Origin: Mustelus asterias
Taxonomy: Eukaryota
Assembly (NCBI RefSeq): GCF_964213995.1
Contig: NC_135801.1
Location: 117,614,001 to 117,678,000, forward strand
DNA: 64,000 nucleotides
Reading direction: 5' to 3'
The position numbers and the translations under genes are program-made. Below are positions 24,270 to 36,603 of the stretch, piece by piece. Below the pieces are notes generated by a model. That model was given only the letters and a program-made list of their open reading frames with translations. It did not search any database and was not told where the DNA came from. Positions within the stretch are counted from its first letter, which is position 1; each line of letters begins with the position of its first letter.

Positions 24270-24866
24270 GGGCTGAACTCAATGGTTGCAATGGTCCATC
24301 CACAGGCCAGAAATTTGGTGGCAACTTCACAATAGCAATTTGTAACATCCCTGATAGGATTAAATGTCAATCAGGCAGTTAGCTGATTGCCATGATGGTT
24401 CATGGGCCTTTAAAGAGATAGGACCCATCTGCAAGAGATACAGGCCAATCAGAGGGCTGGCAGCTCTTCAGTCCCATCAGCCACTGCTAGTTCCGCAGGA
24501 AATACCAGAGCAACAGCCATCGATGGGGGCCCCAAAAGAGTTGGGGGGTAGGGTGGGGGTGGGGCAGTCATAGTGGAGGATAGGAGGATGCTCTTCCAGT
24601 GGGAGTGGCAATTAGTTACCACCAAGGGCTCTTTGTGGGGCACAGGGTGCCCAATCAGGAAGCCCCCACGTAGGCCTGCAAGGAGGCTGCCAGGGCATTC
24701 CCGAGTGCCAGTGCCCCTCTAAGGGCCTCAATTAGCTTCTGGTTGGAAGGCTATCCTCAATATTCCCCATCCCTAACTTAACTGGGGGGGCAGTCAGGCT
24801 GGTGATATGTTTCCCTCCCGATTATGTGGGCCTTCCTGCTCCCAGGGGAGAATTAAATTTCACCCC
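24270..24866. mobile_element. Probable non-autonomous Harbinger-type element
   Basis: GC-rich block bounded by GGGCTGAACT and AAATTTCACCCC. Confidence 0.4.
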
Positions 24867-27804
24867 AAGACTCTAGGAAAATGGCTTTGGATAGGAACTG
24901 TATCAGAATTCCATCGCCAATGTCATCCTATTTTTCTAATAAGGAACTATTTGACAGTATGTTATAAAATATGTTATGTAAGAAGTTATCTTGTTTCAGG
25001 CTCCACTTTAAAACAAGAACACTCGATTATCCAGAGAAACTTGCTGAGGAAGCTTGCTGCACAAGGGAATGGAATCCTTTTCCACTTTTGGCATCGAGTG
25101 ACAGCCTTGAGCAGTGCCAGGTCAGCACAGATTAAACTCAACCTCAGAAATGCATCCTCTGCTACAGCAATGTGATTTGTTCTGCTTTTCCACACCAGCC
25201 ATCTTTCTGACAGTTTGGTGCCAAATTATGGGAAACTTTTTCTGTTGAAATTGGTCAAATTAAATCATAAACGACCTTCGCAGCACGAAGAGAACGGACA
25301 AACTGTCACTCTGTCAGTGCAACGCTTGATTGGAACCCAGAAGCCACGAGTGAAAGAACCAGGATTTAATTCGGCACATAATCAGATTTCATACTGCACG
25401 CAGAGAAAGTTCCCCAAATTGACTCATGAGTGAGAGAAATTAACCCAGCACTTAAAAGAATATAATTTCAGCAGCAAGTGAATCGTGCAAACGGAATACC
25501 AAAGTACCGATGCATCAATAGTCCAAACTCCGTTTTTCTAACGATCTATATGTTCAACATTTAGAGTTGTAACTTGTCGGTATTTTATTAAAATGTTGCC
25601 ATTGAAAGAGCTTCCAGATGGTCGATGGTTGGACTCTTACAGTGGGAAAAGGTTAAGCACTTACTGTTACTGCCAAGTGGTTATGTGTAGTGTACTTTGC
25701 CAGTGGTACAGTCACAAAAAAAATTGGACTCCAAGGCTTACTAAGGAAATAGTTCATCACTGAAAGTCTCACAGGAAGATTTAATGAACAATCTATTTTA
25801 CAGTATCTTTCCCTAATGAAAACCAGAATTAAATTGTAAACCAGATTTGTAACTGCTTAAGTGCATGAATAATGCGAACAGTTTTAATCATATTTTTGAA
25901 CTACATATCCCTGACAATTGCCTTCACAGTTGTTAGACCTCTTAATTTTCTAATTAATCAGCATTTCAGTCACAACTTGGCTTGTGTTTCAGTTATGCTG
26001 CATATTTACAATTCTGGTCAGGAAGCCCACAGCTTTATTATTCAAGATGGCCTTGAGTGTACAAGTCACCAAGGAATACTGTGAAAAAACATATGTACAC
26101 CCACACAAAATCCTGATCAGCTGTAATCATATAATGTATGCAGTAGTCTTAAATATGGAACCAAGTGAAAGAATATTACATACATTTACACAGAATGTAT
26201 GCTATAGAAACAGACTGTTCAGCCCAACTAGTTCATGTTGGTGTTTATATTCAACTTGAGACTCCTCCCATCTTTCCCCAATGGAATCTACCATTGAGGG
26301 CCAGAAGGTCCTCAATAAGCACCCAGGAAATAGGGATAGGTGACCGAGGAGATCACCTCCCAAAGTCTGGCCCTGAAAACCGGCAGCAGTGCTGGAAGAA
26401 GCTTAATGACCTCATGCAGATGACCAAGGTCAATGAATTCATCTTGACATCTCATACTGACCTCTAACCTTGTTCACTGCACTAGCACTGAGAACTCATG
26501 CCCAAACAGTCAGATGCTCCACTTCACCCTCACTTTCAATAATGCTAGATTCAGGCACCTCACCCAATCTTCATGCAACACAATCGCTGATATTCTGTCT
26601 TCATCCTTACAGAACAAGATGCCATGTAATATCAGGGGCATCAGAGAATAGGAAGTGTAGGGGTTGGTAGGATGCTGGCACATCTTCAACCCCCTGTGCT
26701 GAATGGATGAGATGTGTTCCACCTCCTGGGGCCAGCTGCAACAGAGCCCTAGAATGCAACATCACAAAGAGCGTTCAGGATAATGGGATGTGACTGTCAG
26801 GCCAGAAAGAAAAGAATATCCTTAGATAAGGGCTTTGGTGGGGTGGCATACAGGAGGATGCTCATGGTCATGTACATCAAGATGTTTGGTGCATTGGCAA
26901 CTCAATGAGACAGTTGTTGTCCAGGAATATGGAGGAATCTGGCTGCGATGTGACAGAGGGAGTAGTTCAGATAGTACAACATATCCTTCCCATCATGGAG
27001 GTGATGGCTAATGCCATAGAAGCATTGGCAGTCCCAACCATGATGCAGCTTCTGGCAGCCAGTGTCTCAGCCTCCACTGCAACACAGGCAGAGGCCACCC
27101 AATGTTTGGGTGCTGCAATGGAAACTCAGACAAAGTTCATGAGATCAATGTACATTGTCGTGCCAGCTCAGACTGCAGCCGTGATGGCTGTGAATAACAA
27201 GGCTCAATGGAGCCTGCAGGCTCTCATCGCAGTCCAGCAATTTGTCCTCTAACAGATGACAAGGATTGCTGAGGCACAGTGCCAGGTGCAAGGCAGTAGC
27301 TCTGTGGAACACAAACCTGCTGTCTTCTCTCAGGATGACAGCATTTGTGCTCTCACCACTACCACTGCACTGACATCCATGCTTCTGGCTCTCAGCCAAC
27401 TAGCCCAGACTGTTGTCAGCCATAGCAAATGGTGCAGTTGGAAGTTGGGCTCTTAAGGTCCATAGCCCATTGAGGTCATCCCGCAAGGCCATTGACAGTC
27501 TTCCACAGTGAAAGCAGCCTTCCAACAACCAGGCTGCATATACTGGTGTGTTTAGTCTCCATCAATGTCTGGCATATTGTGATATGTTGGCGATGTCACT
27601 CCCACTGGAAATATCCAGACAATTGGAATGTCATTGTGATCTTCAATGCCACTGGCAGTGTTGTTCTTGCCCTGATGTGAGGCTTCATGTCACGTTGAAT
27701 GAGGTAGCTGTTCTGTAACCACCTCCTTGTTCAACCTGAGTCACCTCAGGCACACTCCTGCGTGAGCTGGAAGTGGGAGACTTGCTCTCAAAACATATAC
27801 CTGC

Positions 27805-28003
27805 ATGGTGGCACACTGTTCAGCACTGCTGTCTCATAGTGCCAGGGACCTGGGTTCGATTCCCAGCTTGGGTCACTGTGTGTGTGGAGTTTGCATGTTC
27901 TCCCCGTGGCTGCATGGGTTTCCTCCGGGTGCATCGGTTTCCTCCCACAGTCCAAAGATGTGTGGGTTAGGTTGATTGACCATAGTAAATTGACCCTAGT
28001 GTC
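27805..28003 (+). mobile_element. HE1-like V-SINE, 3'-truncated
   Basis: Head, B box GGTTCGATTCC and V core; no tail. Confidence 0.85.
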
Positions 28004-28056
28004 GACTAGGGAGAACCCTCCTCGTCCCTCTTCATTGAGCTTCCCATCTCTGCAGT

Positions 28057-28380
28057 CATAGAATCATCAACAAATCCCCACAGTACAGGAAGATGCCATT
28101 TGGCTCAATGAGACGGCATCGACCACAATCCTGCCCAGGCCCTATCTCTGTAACCCCAGGTATTTACCCTAGCTAGTCCCCCTGACACTAAGGGGCAATA
28201 AAGCATAGCAATCAACCTAATCTGTACATCTTTGGGCTGTGGGAGGAAATCAGAGCAGCCGGAGGAAACCCACACAGACATGGGGAGAAGGTGCAAACTC
28301 CACACACCCAATGCCGGAATCGAATCCGTGTCCCTGGCGCTGTGAGGCAACTGTGCTAACCACTGTCCCACTGTGTCACC
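28057..28380 (-). mobile_element. HE1-like V-SINE
   Basis: Complete antisense copy with CR1-type tail. Confidence 0.85.
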
Positions 28381-29294
28381 CCTTGGCCCAACAAAGCTCA
28401 ACAATCTAGTAATTTTCTAATCATGGCATCCAATTATATTTTTATAACATCAGTGCTTTGCCTTTATGATCCTGCTCGGTAGATTACTTGAAGCATCGTG
28501 TAAAGACCTTCCCAGATCCATCTATTCTGAATTACTTTTCTCTCATTTCCATCTGATCCTTTTCGTGCAGTCTGTGCTCCATGTGATGGTCAAGTTTCAG
28601 ATCCAGAGGCACGGCAACCATACCACATGTATAGTTGGATCACCTGTTGCCTTGCTGAATGTTTGCGACAGCTCACCAAAACAACTCCAAATGCCATCCA
28701 TGGTACTTCCACTGGCTTTGCGTAAGCAGGAGTAAGTTGAAACAGCTTCACCTGCAAGTTGGTGGTTGGCCCTTTAAATAATGAATGTGCAGGAATTGTT
28801 TGTATTGCTAACGCATGCTCAGCTGTGAGTGATTAGCACAGGCCGTCAATGAGCAATGGCAGACTAAGTTAGTGAAATTAGCGTCAAATCAGTCAGAGTG
28901 GCTGCTTAATGACCTCTTTTGATGTTCCCAGTGCACACTTGGCACCTTTCGTGCCATGGGCGCTGCGTGGACTGCACAGGAAGTGACTAGAAGTGCAGCT
29001 GGCTCCATTTAAGGTCTTTGAGCCGAACTTTGTGCCCTAAGTGTAACCAACAGTTTCTGCTCTTGCTGACTGCTGCAGGCAATGCAAAGTCTCGAGATTA
29101 ATTCTGAAAAGAGTCTCCATAAATGCGGCAGCCATGTCAAAGAGAGTGCACCGTCAGTGTGTTGCAAAACAAAACTACTCTAAAATGACAACCGAAATGA
29201 TGATGTGGAGAGGCCGGCGTTGGACTGGGGTAAACACAGTAAGAAGTTTAACAACACCAGGTTAAAGTCCAAGAGGTTTATTTGGTAGCAAAAG

Positions 29295-29333
29295 TCACAA
29301 GCTTTCGGAACCTTAAGCTCCTTCTTCAGGTGA
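29295..29333 (-). ncRNA. Minimal type-I hammerhead ribozyme motif in PLE pseudo-LTR
   Basis: UCAC-CUGAAGA-A-GGAGC/UUAAG/GUUCC-GAAA-GC-UU-GUGA: intact core, 4-bp stem I, 5-bp stem II, palindromic AGCU mini-helix III. Confidence 0.75.
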
Positions 29334-30193
29334 GTGGGAATTCTGTTCACAAACAGGGCATATAAAGACACAAACTCAATTTACAGAATAATGGTTAGAA
29401 TGCGAATACTTACAGCTAATCAAGTCTTAACGGTACAAACAATGTGAGTGGAGAGAGCATTAAGACAGGTTAAAGAGATGAGTATTGTCTCCAGACAGGA
29501 CAGCCAGTGAGACTCTGCAAGTCCAGGCAAGCTGTGGGGGTTACAAATAGTGTGACATGAACCCAATATCCCGGTTGAGGCCGTCCTCATGTGTGCGGAA
29601 CTTGGCTATCAGTTTCTGCTCAGCGACTCTGTGCCGTCGTGTGTCATGAAGGCCGCCTTGGAGAACGCTTATCCGAATATCAGAGGCCGAATGCCCGTGA
29701 CCGCTGAAGTGCTCCCCAACAGGAAGAGAACAGTCTTGCCTGGTGATTGTCGAGTGGTGTTCATTCATCCGTTGTCACAGCGTCTGCATGGTTTCCCCAA
29801 TGTACCGTGCCTCGGGACATCCTTTCCTGCAGCGTATCAGGTAGACAACGTTGGCCGAGTTGCAAGGGTATGTACCTGGTGGATGGTGTTCTCACGTGAG
29901 ATGATGGCATCTGTGTCGATGATCTGGCACGTCTTGCAGAGGTTGCTGTGGCAGAGTTGTGTGGTGTTGTGGTCACTGTTCTCCTGAAGGCTGGGTAGTT
30001 TGCTGCAGACAATGGTCTGTTTGAGGTTGTGCGGTTGTTTGAAGGCAAGAGACAATACACATCTCTTTGACCTGTCTTAATGCTCTCTCCACTCACATTG
30101 TTTGTACCTTTAAGACTTGATTAGCATTCCAACCATTATTCTGTAAATTGAGTTTGTGTCTTCATATGCCCTGTTTGTGAACAGAATTCCCAT

Positions 30194-30232
30194 TCACTTG
30201 AAGAAGGAGCTTAAGGCTCTGAAAGCTTGTGA
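30194..30232 (+). ncRNA. Second hammerhead copy with C3-to-U core change
   Basis: UCAC-UUGAAGA-A-GGAGC/UUAAG/GCUCU-GAAA-GC-UU-GUGA. Confidence 0.6.
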
Positions 30233-30534
30233 CTTTTGCTACCAAATAAACCTGTTGGACTTTAACCTGGTGTTTTTAAACGTCTAACCGAAATGATGAC
30301 AGGTGTTTGCAAAGGCAGAAACCATACCATTAGTGAGGAGGAGGAGTTGTTTGGGAGTTCAGGAAACTATACACTCATGGATTCTCAGGGTAGCATCTGC
30401 TATTAATAACCTGGGACAGAAAACCTGAATGAGTGAGTCACTTTTAAATTCAGAATGGTTCTGAATAAGAGCCTTCCTGATTTTTCAATCTTTAAACCAA
30501 TTGTGTCAACATCTCTCCCAATTAGTATTTTTTT

Positions 30535-30852
30535 AAAAATTCATTCGTGGGACATGGGCATCGCTGGCTGGCCAGCATTTATTGCCCATCCCAAGTCACG
30601 CTGGAGAAGGTGGTGGTGACCTGCCTTCTTGATTCGCTGCAGTCCATGTTCTGTGGGTTGACCCACAATGCTGTTAGGGAGGGAATTCCAGGATTTTGAC
30701 CCAGCGACTGCGAAGGAATGGCGATATATTTCCAAGTCAGGATGGTGAGTGGCTTGGAGAGGAACTTGCTGATGGGGGTGTTCCCATGTATCTGCTGCCA
30801 TTGTCCTTCCAGATGGAAGTGATCGTGTGTTTGGAAGGTGCTGTCTAAGGAG
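30535..30852 (-). mobile_element. LINE family B 3' end
   Basis: Reverse complement of 10095-10410 (TWKYIAIPS...; CAATAAATGCTGGCCAGCCAGC tail). Confidence 0.85.
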
Positions 30853-30859
30853 AAAGTCG

Positions 30860-32698
30860 GCGAGATTCCCACTGGGCAGTGGGACGGCTGAACACAGGTG
30901 ATCTGCAGTTGTTCAGCTCATTAATTCTGCAGCTGTACGAAGCTTCAGAAATAGAATCAAAGGTTCCGGGGTCGCGCTCAGACCTGCATCCAGTCCCACA
31001 GCTGGGTACACCTCAGTCTTCGCTTTATCATCAGATGCAGTGGCTCCTGGTGCCTTCATCTGGAACACCCTGAGAGGAGCCCTCCACACCACACCAGCTG
31101 TGACCTCAGCAGGTCACTGCCACTGTGAGGGATGGATGAGGCACCGAGGGCGGGATTTTTTGGCCACACTCGACTGAAGGCCAGAAAATCCTGCCCGAGG
31201 TCGACAGACCTTTGCATGGTCTATGTCTCGCCTGCTACAATTCCCGTGGTGGACGGGACAGAAAAATTCCATCCCTAGTCTCTCTGCAATGTGCCCATCC
31301 ATTCACGCTGAGGAGGGAGGTACAGACATATATCATGCTGGTGGATAAGCTGCCAGTTTTCTCTGTGGGCTCCTCTCAGGGTGTTCCAGATGAGGGCACC
31401 AGCTCCTCTGCCCCTCTGCCAGGAGCCACTGCATCGATGATACAGCAAAGACTGAGGAGTGCCCAGCTGTGGGGCTAGATGCACCCTTCCAGGAGGAGCC
31501 AACTCAGGCTCCGTCAGCCAGAGGATGATGACCAAGGACATCATGGCCACCTGGACGGCAAAGTCAGCAGTCTGCCCTAATGCCTCTGCCAGTGGGGGGA
31601 GGGGCAGGGGGCACCAAGAGGCCGCACCCACAGACGTAAGTTGAAGATACCTTGAACACAAGAGGTGCTTATCATGGATAACACTATTTACTTTCATTAC
31701 TTTGAAATCTGTGTTGTTTGGCAACTTCGTATCTTCATTATTTGTTCATAGAACGACAAACATTTATTTCACTTTCAATGGCTGAGGTGCCTTGATGGAT
31801 ACAATAGATGCCAGATGCAGCACAGGTTTATAACTGTATGGTGCATGGTGCTGGAGCTTTGGGATGGTTTGGAATGTAGCAATTATTTGTAAAGAAGATG
31901 GTGCCATTAGTATGAGGAAGCATCAATTACTTGGATGCTCAGCTGAAGGTTTGCAGTATCAAAACATTCCTGGTGGCCCTGTCCCTCTGATGGATCCTGT
32001 TGTCCACCTTAATGTCCTCATCTTGCGGGTCCTCAGGCTCTCCCTCTGACCCATCACTGCAGTCATCCTCCCTGGCCTGTGGAGCTTCCTCACTTTCCTC
32101 CGCTTCCACTGGCTCTCCTCTTGTCAGAGCCGGATTGTGCAGGGCAAAGCATGCAACAACTATCAGTGAGATGCATTCTGGAGGATATGGGAATGCTTCC
32201 CAGCTCAGCCCAGACATCTGAAGCACATCTTCAGCAGCCCAATGATCCTCCCCATCACCCTCCTTGTGGATGCATAACTCCTGTTATATCTCTCCTCTGC
32301 CTCTGTCCTTGGGTGCCGGGGTGTGGTCATGAGCCACATTTTCACCCAAGAGCCAATGAGAGTGAAAGTGTTTTTGCTCTGGGAGCCTTTAGTCCCACAC
32401 TTGGATGAGGATTTGATAAAAATGTATTTGCCACCCACCCGCGCCACCCACCTGTTTCTCTTGTGATGAACTGAAAATGGTATAGTCGGTGCAAAATTAC
32501 TGACAATTGCCTTGTTAATGGCCTTAATTGGCCCTTTAATTGTTAGCAGGCTGCATCCGACTTGTGTGTGTGCCCACTGACCTCGATATTGCATGCATGT
32601 GTGATGACATCAGGAAGCACGCCTAATGTCATTTGGAGCTATTTTATATTTGGTTGGGTCAAGCATGCAGCTGCCATCTGAAAGTAAAATTCAGACCA
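30860..32698 (-). mobile_element. Decayed Harbinger with transposase C-terminal remnant (~31920-32350)
   Basis: WLMTTPRHPRTEAEERYNRSYASTRRVMGRIIGLLKMCFRCL and YPPECISLIVVACFALHN. Right end AAAATTCAGACC is TIR-like. Confidence 0.8.
31148..31275 (+). mobile_element. ~125-bp MITE
   Basis: GGGCGGGATTTTT...AAAAATTCCATCCC with the shared core. Confidence 0.8.
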
Positions 32699-34010
32699 AT
32701 GAGTTGATATTTAGTATGTGCTGTCAAGTACTATAAGAGGTGATTCCAAATGGCCTGGAGTTCCACATCTGCTCATTCTTGAAGAAGTTAGAATGCTTTC
32801 CAGAGATTTTCTAGGGAAACACTTTAATTATAGAGAAGAGGGAAGAATTTATGTAAAGCATCCACCAATGTGCCGTTAGAGCAGCTAAAACCCATGTATT
32901 ATTTTAATAAACAATATTAGCTCATTTACAGATTAATGTATATTGTCTTGCATGTGAATAAAATAGTTTTACAAGCAGGGATATTTTTGAACTTGCTTCA
33001 CTGAGCTGCACAAAACTTACTGATGGGAAAATAAGGATTTAAAAAAGAACTAGCCTCACCATGGGTATACTTTTCCTTTGCAAGTCCCCAGAGTTTAATC
33101 CATCAATCTCAAAAAGCAACGTTATTGCAAAAAGTTTGTCTTCAGGGATTAGCTTTACCACAGTGGGTGGGCCTTCTCCGTTTTTAACTTTTTTGGTTTT
33201 TCTGTTGTTTGTTTATCTCTGTCATAGTTTTGCATATTTTCTGAGTGCCACTTTGGAAAGTTGGTTATTCTTTCTTGAAAAAGATTTCTCTTGTCCCAGC
33301 TCAAAGATCTTGGGTTAATGGAGTGTTAGCCTTTATCTCAAGTGGTCTGAAATTCAAAATTGAGGAAACGATACTTCAGTTGTACAGAGCCTTGGTCAGA
33401 TTCCATCTGGAGTTAGTTTTTAGGTACTGGACCTCAAGAAAGAAATATTGGTCTTGGATAGGGTACAGTGTAGATTCAAGAACATGATACTGGGTTTATT
33501 GTTGTAAGGTTTTTTGGTGTCTCCCTAAGTGGTCTGGAAGTTTGTGTAGTTGAAAATAAACCCCTTATTGCTAATCCATAATGATATACATACATCCAAG
33601 GTACAGCCCTAAATAGGTACTATCATTATGTTGACTTTTCTCAGCCTCTCATTGCACCACTCTATCTCCTGTCTAATGTTACGTATGATGTATAATGTTA
33701 CGTATGTCATACATTATATTGTGACGGTACTGTTCTCCAGTCCCACATTAACCCTTCCTATGCCCAACAACCTTATACTACACCTCCACCATGTCTTTAT
33801 CCAATATATTTACAGTGCATTCTTTCTTTAGGTGCTATCCCTTCTCCCCACCCTTCCTGAAGTCTATGACTCTATCAATTCAGATGGTCTGGAGGCTTTG
33901 CGACTCCTGAAAATGTTGTTCTCTACCCATTTGGAGGAGTGGTAGTCTCAGTTGCACCAGGTTGACTTTGTTGGTTCAGAGTGCTATAATTCAGGTTAGA
34001 AACTCCAAAG

Positions 34011-35886
34011 TGTTTTATGAAATCTGCCTGGATCATAGGTTTTGCACTTTAAATTTGACTAGGGTGAACACTTCAAGTATGATTCAACTGACCCACTAAG
34101 GAGATTTTATCAAACAAAGTTTATTTAAGAATGCAGTTAATATATTGTTGCGACGCAGAGGTCAATCCCTTTTGCTTTGTAATCTGGTAAAAGTATTTGA
34201 GAAGGTGTTAACTGTTCCACGTTAATGTTTAGAGGTTCAATATATAAAGTCCTGACACTCGCTTTAAGTGAACAATTAACAAGTTATTTTATTCAACTAA
34301 CCAGGAACTTTAATCAAACCAGCAACATTTTAATTAAAGGATGGTTCAACTGAAATGCTGTTCAAATAAAGACAAGGACCATTCAGCACTAAAACAGTAA
34401 TAATAGAATTTTAGTCACTCTCAGAAAAATGATATACAACCAGGTCTGACGGCTTGGAAAAGATTTGGAATTTTGATCTGGTGATTTCTCTGTCTGTACG
34501 GCCTTTATGACTTGATATCCTGGTATTAGATAGATGGAGAATTCCCTTCAGAGAAAGTTATTTTAGCTGGCAGCATGGCCTCCAGAGATGGCCATCTCAG
34601 TTGAACTCTACTGAACTCACTAACTGAACTGGAGTCACTGAATTCCTATATTTATATTCCTGATGACCTATGTATTTTCTACATCAGGATTGGTTTGATG
34701 CTGACAACGACAGCAAATTCAAAATCTGATAGGTGCCCTTTAGAGTGCTTTCTTTAAATTTATCGGCTATTAGCTGAGTGCCTTCTTTAAACTCATAGGC
34801 TAACAAAATGCAAAAACCTGCAGAGCCTGTTATCAAGGCAACCCTGATGCTTGGCCCTAATTACAGTTGTTGCAACCTATGTACCCTTTATTTTAAACAT
34901 TCAAGCCGGAATACAAAACCAGCCTTTAAAGGGACCACACACTGTTGTTCTCCTTCTGGAATCTTTTTAAACTTTACAAACATTCTTTACATCTTTACAA
35001 ACTCAACTTCACAATAATGTATAAAAAGAAAATTAGCAACAACTTTACCAATTACAAACAAGAAAACCATGATATTGTATAACCCTTAATGAATATACAA
35101 AATGTTCTAATTAAACAATCTTCCCTATACAAAACCAGATGTTGAAACACAAGTATTTGAAACACTAAGTACTAAAATTTCAACTCTTGTGATGTTAGTG
35201 TACCTTTAAGAATTTTTAAAAATCGTGTTCTCTGCAGTTTGTAAGCAGGCCTTTTGGTATCATTGAGGCACCGGCTATCTGCTAGAAGTCCTTTTATTGT
35301 TGCTTCAATGGTTTAAATGAGGTTTAGCACATAAAATATGAATGCGCACATGATGTTGGAACTTAACCCTTTGGGTGGAGAATTGAAACTCTGACTTCCC
35401 AGCCTTATAACATCTAGCAGCGCTCTGGATATACACATCAGAACAGATTCCCAAAACCCCAGGGAGAGAGAGACTCTAGGTAAGCCAACGACCAACTGCA
35501 GATTTTCCACTCCAGGAAGGCGAGGAAACCTTCTTCCAGCTAGCCAGCAGAATCTATAATACTAGGGAGAAAGGGAGAAAAACTGACTGCCACTTGACAG
35601 TCAGGGCAGCTTCAGACTCTTGAAACCAAAACTGAAAGTAAGTCCTTGAATTCTTCTGGGGAGGAACTTGTCAATCAATCTTCCCCCTCACAATGCAGGG
35701 TCATAAAAGATCTCAGGAAGTACCTGAGGCCCAGAGTAAAAATAAACAAAACCTCATTTAAACCATTGAAGCAACAATAAAAGGACTTCTAGCAGATAGC
35801 CGGTGCCTTAATGAAACCAAAAGGCCTGCTTACAAACTGCAGAGAATATGATTTTAAAAAATTCTTAAAGGTACACTAACATCACA
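34011..35886 (-). mobile_element. Solo LTR A, carrying solo LTR B and an inverted duplication
   Basis: TGTT...TCACA ends; flanks AAAG/AGAG; minus-strand AATAAA near 34125. Confidence 0.55.
34146..35013 (-). mobile_element. Solo LTR B nested in LTR A
   Basis: TGTTGCG...TTCACA ends; flanks ATAT/ATAA; minus-strand TATA-like and AATAAA signals. Confidence 0.55.
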
Positions 35887-35942
35887 AGAGTTGAAATTTT
35901 AGTACTTAGTGTTTCAAATACTTGTGTTTCAACATCTGGTTT
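35132..35942. repeat. ~194-bp near-perfect inverted repeat (arms 35132-35325 and 35749-35942)
   Basis: Arms are reverse complements with only a handful of mismatches; 423-bp spacer. Confidence 0.95.
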
Positions 35943-36603
35943 GTTTCTTGAACTCTTCAGTGTTATGCTTTTCTTTGTTGACAATCTGTCTTTTTTGATC
36001 AGTATCGTGGGCTCCTCCCATACCTTCCAGAGTGAATGTTCGCTCTGTGCATTCATAGAGTAGACTTGGGTTTTCGTTTTCCATGGAGTCCACCACGTTC
36101 TTCCTGGAAGTTGATATTTCAAAAATGGAACCTTAATTTTCACTTGTTTTACAATTTTAGTCAAATATTGGTTTACACATTTGTTTTCCAATTATTTTTC
36201 AAGTTTATGAATCTTTTCATTCAGCTCAGCAACTACTCTGGTCTTTGCTTCAGACTTATTGGTGGAATCCTTTTACAAACTAATAACTTTATCTGGGCAT
36301 TCAGTTCCTTGCAGAGTTTTTCTTCCTTGGTCACTGACTGCTTCTTAGATTGTTCAATTCGTGCATTAGATCCTCAATCTCTTTCTTAGAATTTTCCTTT
36401 TCTGCTTGTAAAATCTGGATTTGCTCTTCCATACTGGGCATCTGACCTTTCATGTTTCAGATTAGATCAAAGTTCAAGAATTTCATTGCTCTTGTGAAGT
36501 TTCGATATTTCATCAGTTTTGGTTGCTAATTCTGCATTATGTCATTAGTTCTAGATTCATCAACAATCTCTTTTCCTGTTTCAGGCATTTCCCACAATAT
36601 CAT

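Larger units (their letters stand above)
26290..29037. mobile_element. Decayed two-gene Harbinger: Myb-like gene (+, ~26300-27540) convergent with transposase (-, ~27545-28700)
   Basis: Plus strand QQCWKKLNDLMQMTKV; minus strand PHIRARTTLPVALKITM...SGYFQ / DIANISQYA. Two SINEs inserted. Confidence 0.65.
29204..30285 (-). mobile_element. 5'-truncated Penelope-like element: GIY-YIG endonuclease remnant between inverted pseudo-LTRs, 14-bp TSD
   Basis: Minus strand CHSNLCKTC...NVVYLIRCRKGCPEARYIGET...MNEH...LPVGEHF...GLNRD. Inverted ~240-bp repeats at ~29247-29490 and ~30050-30281. AACCGAAATGATGA at 29190-29203 and 30286-30299. Confidence 0.9.

Noticed and set aside
26905-27252. Ala/Met-rich 115-aa ORF as a host gene
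   Set aside because: Lies downstream of a Harbinger Myb remnant, among stops and frameshifts; best read as its decayed C-terminal exon.
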